Assembly (NCBI GenBank): GCA_051294375.1
Contig: CM119267.1
Coordinates: forward strand, 13,401,081-13,465,080
Source of the DNA: Paraspadella gotoi
Taxonomy: Eukaryota; Animalia; Chaetognatha
Reading direction: 5' to 3'
DNA length: 64,000 nt
Part shown: piece by piece, positions 14,271-26,594 of the stretch
Layout of the letters: every line of letters begins with the position of its first letter
Position numbering within the stretch: the stretch's first letter is position 1
The notes under the pieces: generated by a model
Databases searched by the model: none
Told to the model about the DNA's origin: nothing
Seen by the model: the letters and a program-made list of their open reading frames with translations, nothing else
Translations under genes and position numbers: made by a program

Positions 14271-15160
14271 GTCTCTCTCTCTCTCTAACTCAACTTGTGG
14301 TAAAAATCACTTGCTGATGAAGACTCTAAAACTGTCAAGAGTCGATATTAGTCCCAAAAGTCAGAAATATACAGACGTAAAACGTTCGCTCACTTAATCA
14401 GACGTATAAATAATTTTCGTATAATCGATAATATTTAATCTATATAATTTGCATCGAACATGAGAGATCCCGAGATCGAATACGTCATTTCGTATCTTTT
14501 TAATGTTAAAGACCGGTCAAGCGGTCAAAAAGAACAAAAGATAAAAAGAGCATCTGACGATGAGTTTAGTTTTTTTTAATTACATATAAATTATTAATAA
14601 TATTTTCTACGTTTTATTAATAATTTCATAATGCTTAATAATTTTACGAGTTTTTAGTAGCTGCATGTTGTGATATTTAAGAGTTTTTTTCTATTTTTTT
14701 ATAGGAAAATTAATCGCTATTTTTTGTTTTGCTTTATGAAATTCAGTCTGAGCATATATCCAAAGTCAGGGTCAAGATAGCTTATTTATTATATGAATGG
14801 ATAATTTTTAAATTGTTCTACCAATTTCATATATTTGAAGAAAAATTAATTTAAAATCCGATCTTATATAGCTCTTCTCTCTCTCTCTTTTTCTCTTTCT
14901 TTCTTTCTTTTTTTTTCTTTCTCTTTCTTTCTTTCTTTAATTGGAGTTGTTTTGCTAAAGGGGGACGGACGGACAGACGGACGGACGGACGGACATCATT
15001 TTTTTTTTGCATAATTATTTGATGTTCTGACATAATCTAAGTAATGCCGACAAGATTGGGGGTGGACCGACGGACCGACAAAGTGGAATTTAGAGTCGGA
15101 ATCTGCGTAAAGCAGATCCGACTAAAAAGTCAGTGAGTAAAGGCGTCAACTGAGACTCAC

Positions 15161-15262
15161 CTGTCGGCCTTCGTCATCAACGCGGCTTCCGATTCGTGCT
15201 CTTCCAACAGGATCGACTCCTCTTTCGTAGGAACGAATTTCAACATTTGCTCCACCATATCC
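15161..15262 (-). CDS. DAAM: DAAM-type formin, FH2 exon
   Basis: Acceptor aactacag|, donor |gtgagt. Encodes DMVEQMLKFVPTKEESILLEEHESEAALMTKAD(R), matching the DAAM DMLEQLLKFVP...LLEEH...ADR segment. Phase 2 to 2. Confidence 0.95.
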
Positions 15263-15606
15263 CTGTAGTTAAGTAATAAAAATATATTTAAACACTAAAC
15301 GAAGCTGCCTGATGTGATGTTTTTCTTATAACCTAAACTTATAAAAAGAGGCCTTTAAAATAATTTTAAAAAAACACAAAAACACTATAATTACGAATTA
15401 ACTAAAATTAAATTGTTACTGTAATTGAATTACAAACCGCCTGAAGAAGTGAGCAACTGAGTACATACATATATTACATACGTACATACATACATACATA
15501 CATACGTACATACATATATATACATGTATTACATATACGAAACATTTACTTCCTTGAAAATTTGTTTAAAAGTTACCCGAAAAAATCCTGCGGGATCGGG
15601 GCCCCG

Positions 15607-16431
15607 CACAGTGATCCAAATGCCTTAAATTTCCGGAAAAACCTCCCTTTTTTGGCTAAAATAATTTTTTCTCGTATGCTGATTATCATAGATGGCATAG
15701 ATGCCCTCTGAGGTTCTTTGAAACGTTTCAAATGATAAAAAGTAATTTGAAAAAATATGAGAAAAAATTTGGTTCTTACAGAATGGTAGTTGAACAACTT
15801 TTGATTTATAATTTTGATATTGAAAAAAAATTGACCTAACTTAATATTTTTTATTTATTTATATTATAAGTAATAGGTGTTATGTTGCTAAATATAAAAT
15901 CATTAATTTAATCTTTTTAAAAGTGCGCTAAGCAAATTAAGATCGGAAATAGATCAAAGAAAAGAATCATATGGTATTTTTTGAAGAATATCGAATTCTT
16001 TTTTATTATTTTTTGAATGAAAAGCATTTTTGAATTTATCAAAAGGGCGGACGAATGCGGATGTGATTTAATTGATAACATGATTAGTGAGAAGATGTAT
16101 CATTAGGAACTAAATCTGGTTTATTGAAATCGGCTGAAATTCTATAAGTTTTTACTATGTTTTTTATATCATACATAGTGAATATAATAGACAAAGAGCT
16201 TTAAATATAACAAAGTCAAATAATTTTCTCCCTCCACCAGTGGCTGAAACAAACCTCTCAAAGACTCACCCGAAATAGAGATTTGCTTGAGAAAGAATAA
16301 GAATAATTTTTGGAAACCGTTATTTTACCTAAGACTTCGTACCATTACTATGGAAAGGCTGAATATGTATTTATGCCCGTATGTTCAAGTGGCTTTTATC
16401 CAGTTTTAATTTTTTTTTTTTGATCACTGTG
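15607..16431. mobile_element. non-autonomous Transib/RAG-like DNA transposon, copy 1
   Basis: Terminal inverted repeats CACAGTGATC; 5-bp GC-rich TSD CCCCG (15602-15606 and 16432-16436); collinear with 40330-41200. Confidence 0.85.
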
Positions 16432-16450
16432 CCCCGTCACCCAGCGTCAC

Positions 16451-16611
16451 CTGGGTATTCTCTCGTGCTCGTCGCAGGTCAACACCGCCGACACGATTTC
16501 TGCGTTCGTCAGTCGCAGTTTTGACAACAGGATCCCCAGGTTTTGCGCTCGGCGTCCCTCAACGAGCGACAATTCGCGCCGCGGCGCTCTCAGCGGCGAA
16601 ACGGCGGCGTT
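16451..16611 (-). CDS. DAAM: DAAM-type formin, FH2 exon
   Basis: Polypyrimidine tract then cacag|, donor |gtgacg. Encodes NAAVSPLRAPRRELSLVEGRRAQNLGILLSKLRLTNAEIVSAVLTCDEHERIP(R), with the FH2 RAQN-x-x-ILL motif. Phase 0 to 2. Confidence 0.95.
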
Positions 16612-16749
16612 CTGTGCGTGGCGGGGAAAGAAGGGAAGGAAAAAGGGAGAATGCGAGAGTGGGATGACAGCGGCCGTAAGAGAGAGTGGGAAAAGAGAGA
16701 GAAGACAGAAAGAGTGAAAGAGACAAAGATAGAAGAATTAAAAAAAAGA

Positions 16750-16808
<59 letters not shown>

Positions 16809-17099
16809 TTTAGAAAAAAAATCGAAAATAGAAAAAGTGCACATTTAAAAAAAAAAAACCCCAAGAAGCGAGGAAGCGATTCGTCGCCAAAGTCACGTCT
16901 CTCGGATGAAATGGGATCATGGAAAGGAACGAGTCTTTGGGTTTTGACCCATTTCCTCTTTCGCCTAAAAACCGATCTTCGCTTTAATCGCCTCCTTTGC
17001 CCAAAACGGTGCTCGGATTCTCGCGATGGACCTTTCTTTGCGTTGGACGAAATTCGAGAGTTTTGAACGGAGAGATGGCGTTTCTTGATATACGTTGGA

Positions 17100-17600
17100 A
17101 ATAGTTTCAGACTACCTTTACCCGCACCATAATAGAAGATATTTTTCGGGGGAGTACTGAAAAGATTTGTACGATATTTCTTCAGATATTAGATGAATAA
17201 TTAAATGGCGAGATTTGTACTTTCTCACTCAAAGGACAAGTATTACGAAATTCGGCAGATAAAGCCGTCGCTCGTAAGTACTGAGCAGCTCTCAAGAAAA
17301 AAGAAACAATATAGTAATTAAGTAAGTACTAAGTAGACAGGGATTTCGAGACGAAATCAAAGTGGATTTTATTCTTCAGAATATAGACCATAATACAAGA
17401 CGGTGTCAATATTTGGGGCAGAGTGAATCAATACAGATATGGGTTCCAATTTATACAGCTTCGTCGGATCGGAGGTAAGGGTAAAATTCACCGTCGGATG
17501 GAAGCCCATCCGATCATTGACCGGTGCCATTTGTCTCTTGACCAATGAGAATGTTCCATTCCGAGTCGTTGATTCTGGAGTCATGATTCCTCTGCGACGA
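17100..17600 (+). pseudogene. Penelope-like GIY-YIG C-terminal remnant; related fragment at ~25990-26660
   Basis: KWILFF...QDGVNI (~17363-17413) resembles the W-I-x-x-L...GLN end of PLE endonucleases. The same DNA (caaagtggattttattctt...caagacggtgt) recurs at ~26022-26065, followed downstream by a GAAACATGTC remnant near 26612. Confidence 0.35.
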
Positions 17601-17603
17601 TAG

Positions 17604-18499
17604 TATGGCAACAGCCGGGTTAGCTGTGATGCCCATTAGGATGGGGCATGTCACTGTTGGCTTTGGGGGCTTCGGACCCTCAAGTGACGCCTCCTGTCAC
17701 TGGCGCGGTCACCCAAGGATGGTCTCGCTTTGCCAACGCAGAGGGAAGTCGTTAGGACTGTGGATTAAGGGGCAGTGAAAGTTGAAGATCAAATTTTGAA
17801 TAGTTATTAATGAACACTCTTGAATGAACACTCTTGAACAGTCTTGTACTAAAGAATATTGTTTTATTTTTATTTCCTTTTATCAATTTTTCGTGAGGAA
17901 TTTTAATCTGCTTTCAAAAATAAGAAAAAAACATTTTAAAATTTTAACATTTTCTGTTCATGATCTACTATTCGAATTTGGATTTTACTTGATTTTAATA
18001 TTTTTGCTTTACTGCGGATGGAACGCAACGCTTGGGATGAGTCAATGGGATTGTCTAAACGATAGTGGATGTGAGGCTGTGTGAATATACCACCACTGTA
18101 ATCACATGGCCAATATCTCACTCAGGTTCTTCTTGTTGTAGCATAAACCAGGGGCATAGGCATTTGTCATAGTATACCCAAAGTCGGCAGGGCATAGGCG
18201 TTTTTCATAGCATACCCTGAGAAGGTTGCGTGTTCGATAGTAGGGCTCACCACTTATGGCAACAGCCGGGTTGGCTGTGATGCCCATTGGGATGGGACAT
18301 CTCGCACTTAGCTTTGGGGGGTTTCCGACCCTCCTGGCACTGGCGCGGTTACCCCAGGACGGTCTCACTTTGCCAACACAGAGGGAAGTCGTTAGGACTG
18401 GGGAAGGAACGCAACGCTTGGGATGGTGGGTTCCCCCACTGAGCCAATGGGATAGGCTGAACGATGGTGGATGTGAGGCGGTGTGAATATTCCCCCACA
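17604..18499 (-). mobile_element. TRIM family 3, two-LTR copy with interrupted 3' LTR
   Basis: 5' LTR 18255-18499 is followed on the minus strand by PBS TGGTGAGCCCTA (18241-18252). The 3' LTR is split into 17604-17765 and 18011-~18097. PPT not recognisable; flanks ATAG and (A)TAG. Confidence 0.75.
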
Positions 18500-19176
18500 T
18501 AGGAGATTTTTCAGTCGACAGAGAAAAATTAGGAGAAAAAAATTAAAAAAAGAAAAGTCGACGCAATGAAATTTTTCGTTAATTAATATTATACGAAATA
18601 TACTTGCCCAACTCGGCAATTCGCATACAGCATCGTCCATGCCGAAACATGTAAACAACCCTAGATAAACTGGACCTAAACGAGCGAGAATTTTGACCGA
18701 GATTTCAGGGGAGCTTAAACGGTGAGGGAGACAAAATCGCTTTCTCGGGAGAAATCCGCGTAACGCGTTACGTCGTGTCGTGCGGCGGCGGGAAAGACGA
18801 ATTAATCCGATCTCGAGTCGGGGATTTTAAGTCGAGGATCAATAGCGCACCTCAACGGAAATTCGTGGATAAAACTCAGCAGTGTTTATCTAGTTTAAAA
18901 AAAATGCGGCAAAACCCGTAATATATCGAATGAAATTGTTTGGAAACCAGAAAAAAAAGAAAACTTTTATACTATAATGTAGGTAGGAATCGAAGTTAAA
19001 AAGTCGCAATACTAAGCTCACTATTAGTATTACGTATTACCTATGAACTAACTTCATTAAAAGAAAAGAAAAAGCAAATATAATGTAAACTACTGTTTTA
19101 ATACGCTTTAAAAGGCTAAGTCTTAGTGGATTTAGCGTGATTTATTTCAAAGGCTTAAAAATCAATCTTTCATTTT

Positions 19177-19215
<39 letters not shown>

Positions 19216-19267
19216 TCTTTCTTTCTTTTTTCTTTTTCTTTCTTTTTCTTTCTTTCTTTCTTTCTAC

Positions 19268-19389
19268 CTTGAGTGCCGACCCCGGCATTGAAGGTGTCGC
19301 CGACGCTGCCGGCGCTGCCGCCGCGGCGTCCGGCGACGCCGAATTCACGTTCGAACCCGTTTGACGTTGATAGGCGGAAAAAAGTCGAT
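19268..19389 (-). CDS. DAAM: DAAM-type formin, FH2 lasso/linker exon
   Basis: Acceptor ttttag|, donor |gtagaa. Encodes (D)RLFSAYQRQTGSNVNSASPDAAAAAPAASATPSMPGSALK; FSAYQRQ is characteristic of DAAM. Phase 1 to 0. Confidence 0.9.
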
Positions 19390-19460
19390 CTAAAATCGTA
19401 AAGGGTAGGAGGGGGAGGGAGAAGTGATAGGGAAAGGGTGCGTGGAAGGATACATAAATG

Positions 19461-19541
19461 GAAGGGCAAGGGGAGGGATATTAAAGGGGCAAGGGGAGGG
19501 ATATTAAAGGGGCAAGGGGAGGGATATTAAAGGGGCAAGGT
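19461..19541. repeat. 22-bp minisatellite in the intron upstream of exon 19389
   Basis: aaggggcaaggggagggatatt repeated about 3.5 times. Confidence 0.85.
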
Positions 19542-20570
19542 AGGGAGAAAATGACCGGAGAGAAAAATGATGGAAAGGAAAACGAAGACGGGTAACGTGA
19601 CGACCGGGGATCAAACTGTTCGCCTTTAACGACGACGCTCGAATTCACTTGCCGCAATTCACAAATGGATTATCGTGAAAAATGTCTCTCGGCAGTTCAT
19701 TTTATATTTCTGCGTTGACTAAATTCAGAGAAATCTAATCCAATAATTCATGTCTTCATAAAATTTACTTTCATAGAATTATGAAGAATATGTAGATAGG
19801 GTTGAGCACTACATAAAAAACAATCTAAAAACGTTTTCTATCATAAAAAACAAAAAAATTTTCAGTCTGAATATCGAGTTGTATATATTTTTAATTTAAA
19901 AAAAATATATTTCTTATAATCACTTATAAAACAAAAATGAAAAACGGAATAAATCTGACTGCTTTACCTTACTTTTATTGTTTTTACGACGCAGTATTTA
20001 ATTTATCAACTAAAAAAAATAACCTCAAAGCGTCAACGAAATTCGATGCCAAGGGCGAAGAACGAAGAGTCATCGAATGACGATTCAGCTTTCTATCGTT
20101 GACGTTAAAGACCGTTTTTTCTCGTTAGATGGCGAAGAGAAAAAATTGTAGGTCGTCGCTCGCTTCGGAAGCATTGAGGCAAAAATAATACGACTCTCTG
20201 AAAACATTTCTAGAAATAAACAAAATCGAAACGGATAGACCATATATATATTTTTATATATTTTTATATATATTTTTATTTTCATATATTTTTATAATGT
20301 AGTTTACGATCACATGGCTTCCGCTTCTACAGATTTAAAAAGAATTACAACAGCTTTCAATTTTAATTAATTTTAATTTTAAAAACCAGCGGGAATTTTA
20401 AAAATTAAATTATTGTGAAAGACAGGTTTTTTTAATTTGATTTAAATGGCAAAAATTGGTTGGGCGAAATCATATATCAGAATGCACGGAAAGGCGATCG
20501 CGTGGAACTGAAGTGACAAATCGTAACAGATAAGCCGAGATGACTGAATATTACGGTCAGCACCTCTATT

Positions 20571-20627
<57 letters not shown>

Positions 20628-21791
20628 CAACCAAGATCAAAATACATGTGTCCTAGATCTTTTATAACTAGTAACAATAACCCAAACTTAGCTTTTCTCT
20701 ATAAAATTCCATTAAAATAAATATGATTGTCAGAGATCGCCCGGGAGTTCAAGAAATATTCCCACAAAGTCGAAGAACCCTATCGCCGTAAGGTTCACGA
20801 GAAAAAAAAAACCTCATTTCTCAGAAACCCATCATGAAAGGAGAAAAGTTCACGAAAATCTATCTCAAAACCCTTCACCGAAAAAGCATTTGAGGGGAAA
20901 AGATTCACGAGGTTAGAAAAGCGAGTTGTTGATTCAAGCGAATCGATTGACCGCGAAAAGAGACTGACCAGAGAGAGTGACCACTGACCAGAGTCTCTCG
21001 AGACGACGCCCACAACCAGGTGTCTCAAACCGGACGAGTAATCGACCGATCCTGAGGCGTCGCCGGCAGAGGCGGTGCTAGCGGCAAAGCAGGCGCCACC
21101 GGCGCGGTGGTGAGTAAGTGCTCCGCTCTATAAATCCAAACCCGTTGAGAGAGAAAAGGAGTTTCTTTTTATTTATTTCTTCGGATGTTGGAAGAACCGG
21201 AAGTCGCTATAAAAGTCAATTTCATAAGAAAATGATCAAGAATAATCTCAATCCGAACGGCAACAATGGACTTCGTAATCAGTTCAGAGCAGAGAGTGTA
21301 ACGCTGTTTTTATTTACTAGGTATAACAATTAGTGAACGAGAACAAACTGAGCAATACACGATAATAAAAACTTTGTCTAATCTTAAATAAAAAGAAATA
21401 AACCCTTCGCGCCGCGTATACTAATTCGATTGCTCTTGACTTGTTTATTTCCCCGATCGTCAATAAATGCGTCCGCAGACTTTCCGAACTCTCTTCGTCC
21501 GAGCATTACCCGCCCACATTCGTCCCTGGGCACCGAACGTAACAACCGCTAGACTCTCACCCGCTCACGTAGTTAAGTCTCACCATCCATCTTCATATTC
21601 CTTTTTTTCCGTGACTCTCTTTCCATTTTCTTTTTGAGTTTCCTAACAAGGCAATATCCACGTTAGAGATCGCACCTTGTCCCTGTCCCTTTTTCACTCT
21701 TTTTCGGTCTCCTTTCACGCGCTTTCACCACGTGCGTTCCTTCTCTTCCCACCCGCCCCCTCCTCTCCCCCCACATCCATTCCCCCCTCAC

Positions 21792-22937
21792 CTATTTCCG
21801 GGAGGTCGAGTTCTTCGAACCACTTTCCCTCGTCCAATTTCGTCCAGATCGTGCCTTTCAGACTCGCTCCACCGAGTTTGTTCCAGTTGAGACTCTTCAG
21901 GGGGTTCGTAGGGCGCGGGAGGCGCCGGGGCCGCTCCAGCAGGGAGGAATGTGGCGACGATACCGAAGGCGGCGGCGGAGGGGGAGTGGGGACGAGGGGC
22001 GGTGGAGGTGGAGCGGGAGGATTAGAAGGCGGTTGGGGTGGTGGTAGCGGCGGCGGCGGCGGCGGCGGCGGAGCCGGAGCGACGGGAGGCGGAAGGTCGA
22101 GGACGAGAGAGGCGGGTCGCGTCTTGTTCCTGTCAGACTCGGGTAAGTTCGCGCGGGATGGAGTCGGGGTAACGAGGTGAGGGAGAGAAGGTGGTGGGTG
22201 AGGCGGAGGCGGGGGAAGAACTTGGGATTGGTTTTCAGCGTCGTCGTCGTAGTGAATTTCGTCTCGGTTTAATTGCGCGCGCGACGCACTCGCCACGTCG
22301 TCATCATCGCGACGAAAGCGTGTTGTACATTCCGTGCGGCTGCTACCGTCCCCGCCGCCGCCGCCATCCATCCGAAAGTAGACGTCTTCCGCGTCATCAA
22401 GTATGCATGAAGGAAGTATGACTAGGAAGGACGCCGACGGCGGCGCTTCATTCGCGGATTGCGGAGGCGGAGGCGAGGGAGGCGTGTCGGTGGCGGCGAT
22501 AAAGGCCGAAGTGACGTAAGTGGCGGAGGACACGACGGAGGCGTCATCGATTTCGTAACCGCTCTCTGTCACTCTTTGGACCCTGACAGGGGCCGAGATA
22601 TAGCTGCCGGCGGAGATGGCAGTCTTCGGCGCGGCGGCATCGGCGCCAGTGGCGGCGCGACGCGGAAAACCCGTTCTTTGTTTTGCGACGAAAGGAAAAA
22701 CAGAGGAGAGAGACAGAGGGCGCGGTAAGGGTCGGCCGGCGATATCAACGAGAGAACCGGATGTTATAGGCGTTTCCTGGGAAACGGATGTAATAGGCTT
22801 TTCATGGGAACCGGATGTAATCCGTGTTTCCTTGGTGCCTGAAGTAACCGCCTCTCGGGGAGACGAGATGTACGTCGAGTTTTGTTTGAGCCCAGAATAA
22901 AAAGTTGGCGACGACGACGACGAAGGGGATGAATAAT
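21792..22937 (-). CDS. DAAM: DAAM-type formin, large exon (low-complexity spacer, FH1 polyproline, start of FH2)
   Basis: Acceptor cctcccag|, donor |gtgagg; 1146 nt, phase 1 to 1. Polyproline runs are followed by PRPTNPLKSLNWNKL...LKGTIWTKLDEGKWFEELDLPEI, containing the two lasso tryptophans. The 5' part of ORF 21715..23238 is (TTTC)n intron sequence. Confidence 0.92.
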
Positions 22938-22999
22938 CTGGGAGGATAAAAACGTTAAGAGTTAGACAACCAAGGAGAATTGTAAAAAAGCGAAAAATT

Positions 23000-23048
23000 A
23001 GAAAGGAAAGAAAAGAAAGAAAGAAAGAAGAAAGAAAGAAAGAAAGGA

Positions 23049-23084
<36 letters not shown>

Positions 23085-23760
23085 AAAAAGAAAGAAAAAG
23101 AAAGAAAGAAGAAAGAAAGAAGAAAGAAAGAAAAGAAAGAAAGAAAGAAAGAAAGAAAGAAAAGAAAGAAAGAAAGAAAGAAAGAAAATAAATAAATCTA
23201 TAAGCTAAAAAATTTAAAGACATAAGGATCGTCGACAAATTTTGATACTAAAAAAAATCCAATTTGGAGAAAAGAAAAATAAGAAAAGAATAATATAAAG
23301 AAAGAATAGAAAGAAAAGAAAGAATAGAAAGGAAAGAAAAAATAGAAAGGAAAGAAGAAATAGAAAGGAAAGAAAGAATAAAAAAGAAAGAAAGACTAGA
23401 AAGGAAAGAAAGGAAAGAAAGAATTGAAAGGAAAAAAGAATAGAAAGGAAAGAAAGAATAGAAAGGAAAAAAATAGAAAGGAAAGAAATATTAGAAAGGT
23501 AAAAAAAAATAGAAAGGAGAAAAGAATAGATAGGAAACAAAGAATACAAAGAAAAGAAAGAAAAGAAAGGAAACAAAGAATAGAAAGGAAAGAAAGAATA
23601 AAAAGAAAACAAATAATAGAGAGGAAAGAAATAATAAAAAGGAAAGAAAGAATAGAAAGGAAAGAAAGAATAGAAAGGAAAGAAAAAATAGAAAGAAAAG
23701 AAAGAATAGAAAGGAAAAATGAATAGAAAGAAAAGAAAGAATAGAAAGGAAAGAAAGATA
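23000..23760. repeat. (AAAG)n microsatellite and degenerate 18-bp purine minisatellite
   Basis: Read directly (agaatagaaaggaaagaa units); source of several spurious F/L/S-rich ORFs. Confidence 0.9.
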
Positions 23761-25520
23761 AAAAATAAAAATAAAGAGAGAGTGACGAGAAGAAAGAACG
23801 AAATAAAAACCCGATGTTGCGATACAAAATGATAACATGCACGAATGCGATGCCCAATTTTACGAGTTCAATCCTAATTCAATTTTTTTTTTTAAACAAC
23901 GCAGAGTGAGAGAAAGAGAGAGAGAGTGAAAAGCCAAATCGTTTTCCAACGAATCAGCAGCGGCAGCAGCAGAGGCAGCAAGAAAAAAAGAAAGAAATCA
24001 AAAGGCAGCAGCAGAAGCAGCAGGAGAAAAGAGAGAAAAAGAAAGAAAGCCCCCGCAGCTGTAGACTGGGGAAAAGAGAGAGAGGAGACATAAAAATAAT
24101 AGAGGAAATTTGTTTGTTTTGATAAAACGTAAACAAAACATATTTAATAACTGTCCTCACCCAATTTCAAGGACCTCGATGATGAGAAGCTGTATATAAA
24201 TTTTCAGCTTCATACACCCAATTTTAATCATGAAAATCTTAAAAGAATAGGATCGAGCCTACCTTCAATGATAACCAAATATTAATGCGATGATAACCAA
24301 ATGATTGATGCGATGATAACCAAATGATTGATGCGATGATAACCAAATATTGATGCGATGATACAATAATGATGCGATGATAACAAATGATCGATGTGAT
24401 GATAATCAAATGATTTATGTGATAATAACCAAATGATTGATGCGATGATAGTCATTTATTGATGCGATGATAGTCATTCATTGACGCAATGAATCATTCA
24501 TATAAATAAAACAAACAAATTTGTGTATGAGTGAAAGAGAGAGAGAGAGAGAAAGAAGAGAGAGAGAAAGAAAGAGAATAAATCCACGAAAAATCTCGAA
24601 TGTAAATTTGGGATTTTGCATTGAGAAAAAAGCGCGGCATAAATGGCGATAATAAAAGTTTTTAAAAGGAAAAAAATAATCAAATTTTTTTAAAAAACGA
24701 TCACGCCAAGAGATCGTAGAGAGAGAGAGACAGAGAGAGACACAAAGAAGCACACCCAATCAATATCGAGCCTGAACCGGCTTCGCCGGTAGGCTCGATA
24801 AAAACAAAATTTGCACGACGTGAAAAACATGACATAGGATTCCGATAAAAAATATATTGACCTTTGCCGGACCATGATTTTGCGATTACGAAAATGGGGG
24901 TCATTTGTCTTAATGAGCAGAAGCTATTTCAATACCTCATAACCTCTCTGGCTGATGTTGTAAAAGAAATAACGGGTTACCCGAGGACGACTGTTTTTTC
25001 TACAACAAAATTTAAACGAAAACATTGGCGCGAAAACGAGGGCAGTCAAGCAGACGACATCGGACACCCGGCCCCGCCGGATGATTCGAGGAATCACGTG
25101 ATAAAAAGCGGTGCGGCGTTCTTTGGCGTCATTTGGGACACGTGCAATGGAAAACGTCTCGTGCCTCGTTCGGTCATGTGACTCGTCGGCGTCGCACGAC
25201 TCAACTCGCGCGTGAGATGCTTTTGTGTGATTTACGCGAGACCCTGCGCGAGCCCTCGGAAACGAAAGACTCGACAGAGAAACCTTGCCATGGAAATTTA
25301 CGAGAGAGACGGAAAAGGAAAGGAGGAAAAACTTTAACGAGAAAAGATTTGAGGAAAAAAGAAATGTTCAAGACGCAGAAAAAAAATAGATTAAAAAAGC
25401 TAGAAATATTTTAGAATTACTTTAACGTAAAACAATTTCAATTTTGAGGGTCATTCAGGAACTGATTTGGCGAATTGAAAACAACCCAAAGTTTCCAATC
25501 CACGATAACGAAACTCTCAC

Positions 25521-25685
25521 CTCTGTCACTCTGCTCTGCAACTCTCCAACCCACGACCGACTCCAAGGTGAGCTTGGAGTCGTCGGGGATGTTGACGCCG
25601 TCGATCAGCGTCGACAAGTCGGCTGAGGACCACGCCCCCGTTGCCACGTCTCGCTGTCGAGAATAAACTTCGGAGTCGACGACAT
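25521..25685 (-). CDS. DAAM: DAAM-type formin exon upstream of FH1
   Basis: Acceptor tccacag|, donor |gtgaga; 165 nt, only the phase-1 frame is open. VVDSEVYSRQRDVATGAWSSADLSTLIDGVNIPDDSKLTLESVVGWRVAEQSDR contains IPDD-x-K, like the motif before FH1 in invertebrate DAAMs. Confidence 0.75.
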
Positions 25686-26559
25686 CTGTGGAGATTTTTC
25701 ATAAAAAGGTAAAGAAGGATATATGCTGAGACATGAGAGTGACGAGAGAGAGAGAGATGAGGGAGAGAGAAAAAAAAAGAGAAGAGAAAGATAAAGAGAG
25801 AGAGAGAGACTTTCTTTTTCAGTACGAGACTTCAAAGGAGGGCTGAGCGCCGCCCCAAGCGGCGGCTGCAGGGGGAGGATGAGGAGTCTGCTGCTCCCCT
25901 TGCAAAACAGGTGCGCACAGACAACCGCCCACCTCACCGGAAGGTGAGAAGAGGGAAACTGGCAGGCTCATCAGGCCAAATGTACCAATTAAGTAAGTAG
26001 ACAGAGATTTCAACATGAAACCAAAGTGGATTTTATTCTTAGATAGAAGATTAGCAAGACGGTGTGAGAATTTAATTCAATCTTCGATGGTACATTCGCG
26101 TCGCTTTGGGGCTATTTCCACGGGGCTCCTGACCCGATCTTTCAATCTCATTTGCGACAACCCTGTCCTCACAGCCAATGACAAGCCAATGACCCGGCAC
26201 CATCATCCCGTCCCTCCTTTGCCCGGCCGCGGGGGGGGGGGAGCTCAATTTGAGCTCTTTCTTTATCTTAATTTCACTTACTCTATCCTTAACTGTCCCT
26301 CACCACACTTCCCTTTTCCATTTCAATTTTTCCCAATTTAAATTATTATTTTACCATTGTTATTAATTTACTTCTTTTCAATATTAAGTTTACCTATGAT
26401 TTTCTCTGTTGAACATTGCCTAAATGTAAAAATTTCCCCCTTTCCCAGATTCACTGTCTTTTCTCTCTCTCTCTCACCAAATTTCTTTTCGATGTCTGTC
26501 CCTCTATCTGGCCTAAAACTGATCCTTTCCTCACCTATCACCTGTGTCATTTTCTCAAA

Positions 26560-26594
<35 letters not shown>

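Noticed and set aside
22938-23857. N-terminal extension of the 507-aa ORF and neighbouring F/L/S-rich or K/E/R-rich ORFs
   Set aside because: Translations of (AAAG)n and 18-bp repeats; a good acceptor lies at 22938.
24270-24480. CRISPR-like array of ~23-bp repeats
   Set aside because: Head-to-tail repeats without unique spacers, inside a eukaryotic TE family; no cas genes.
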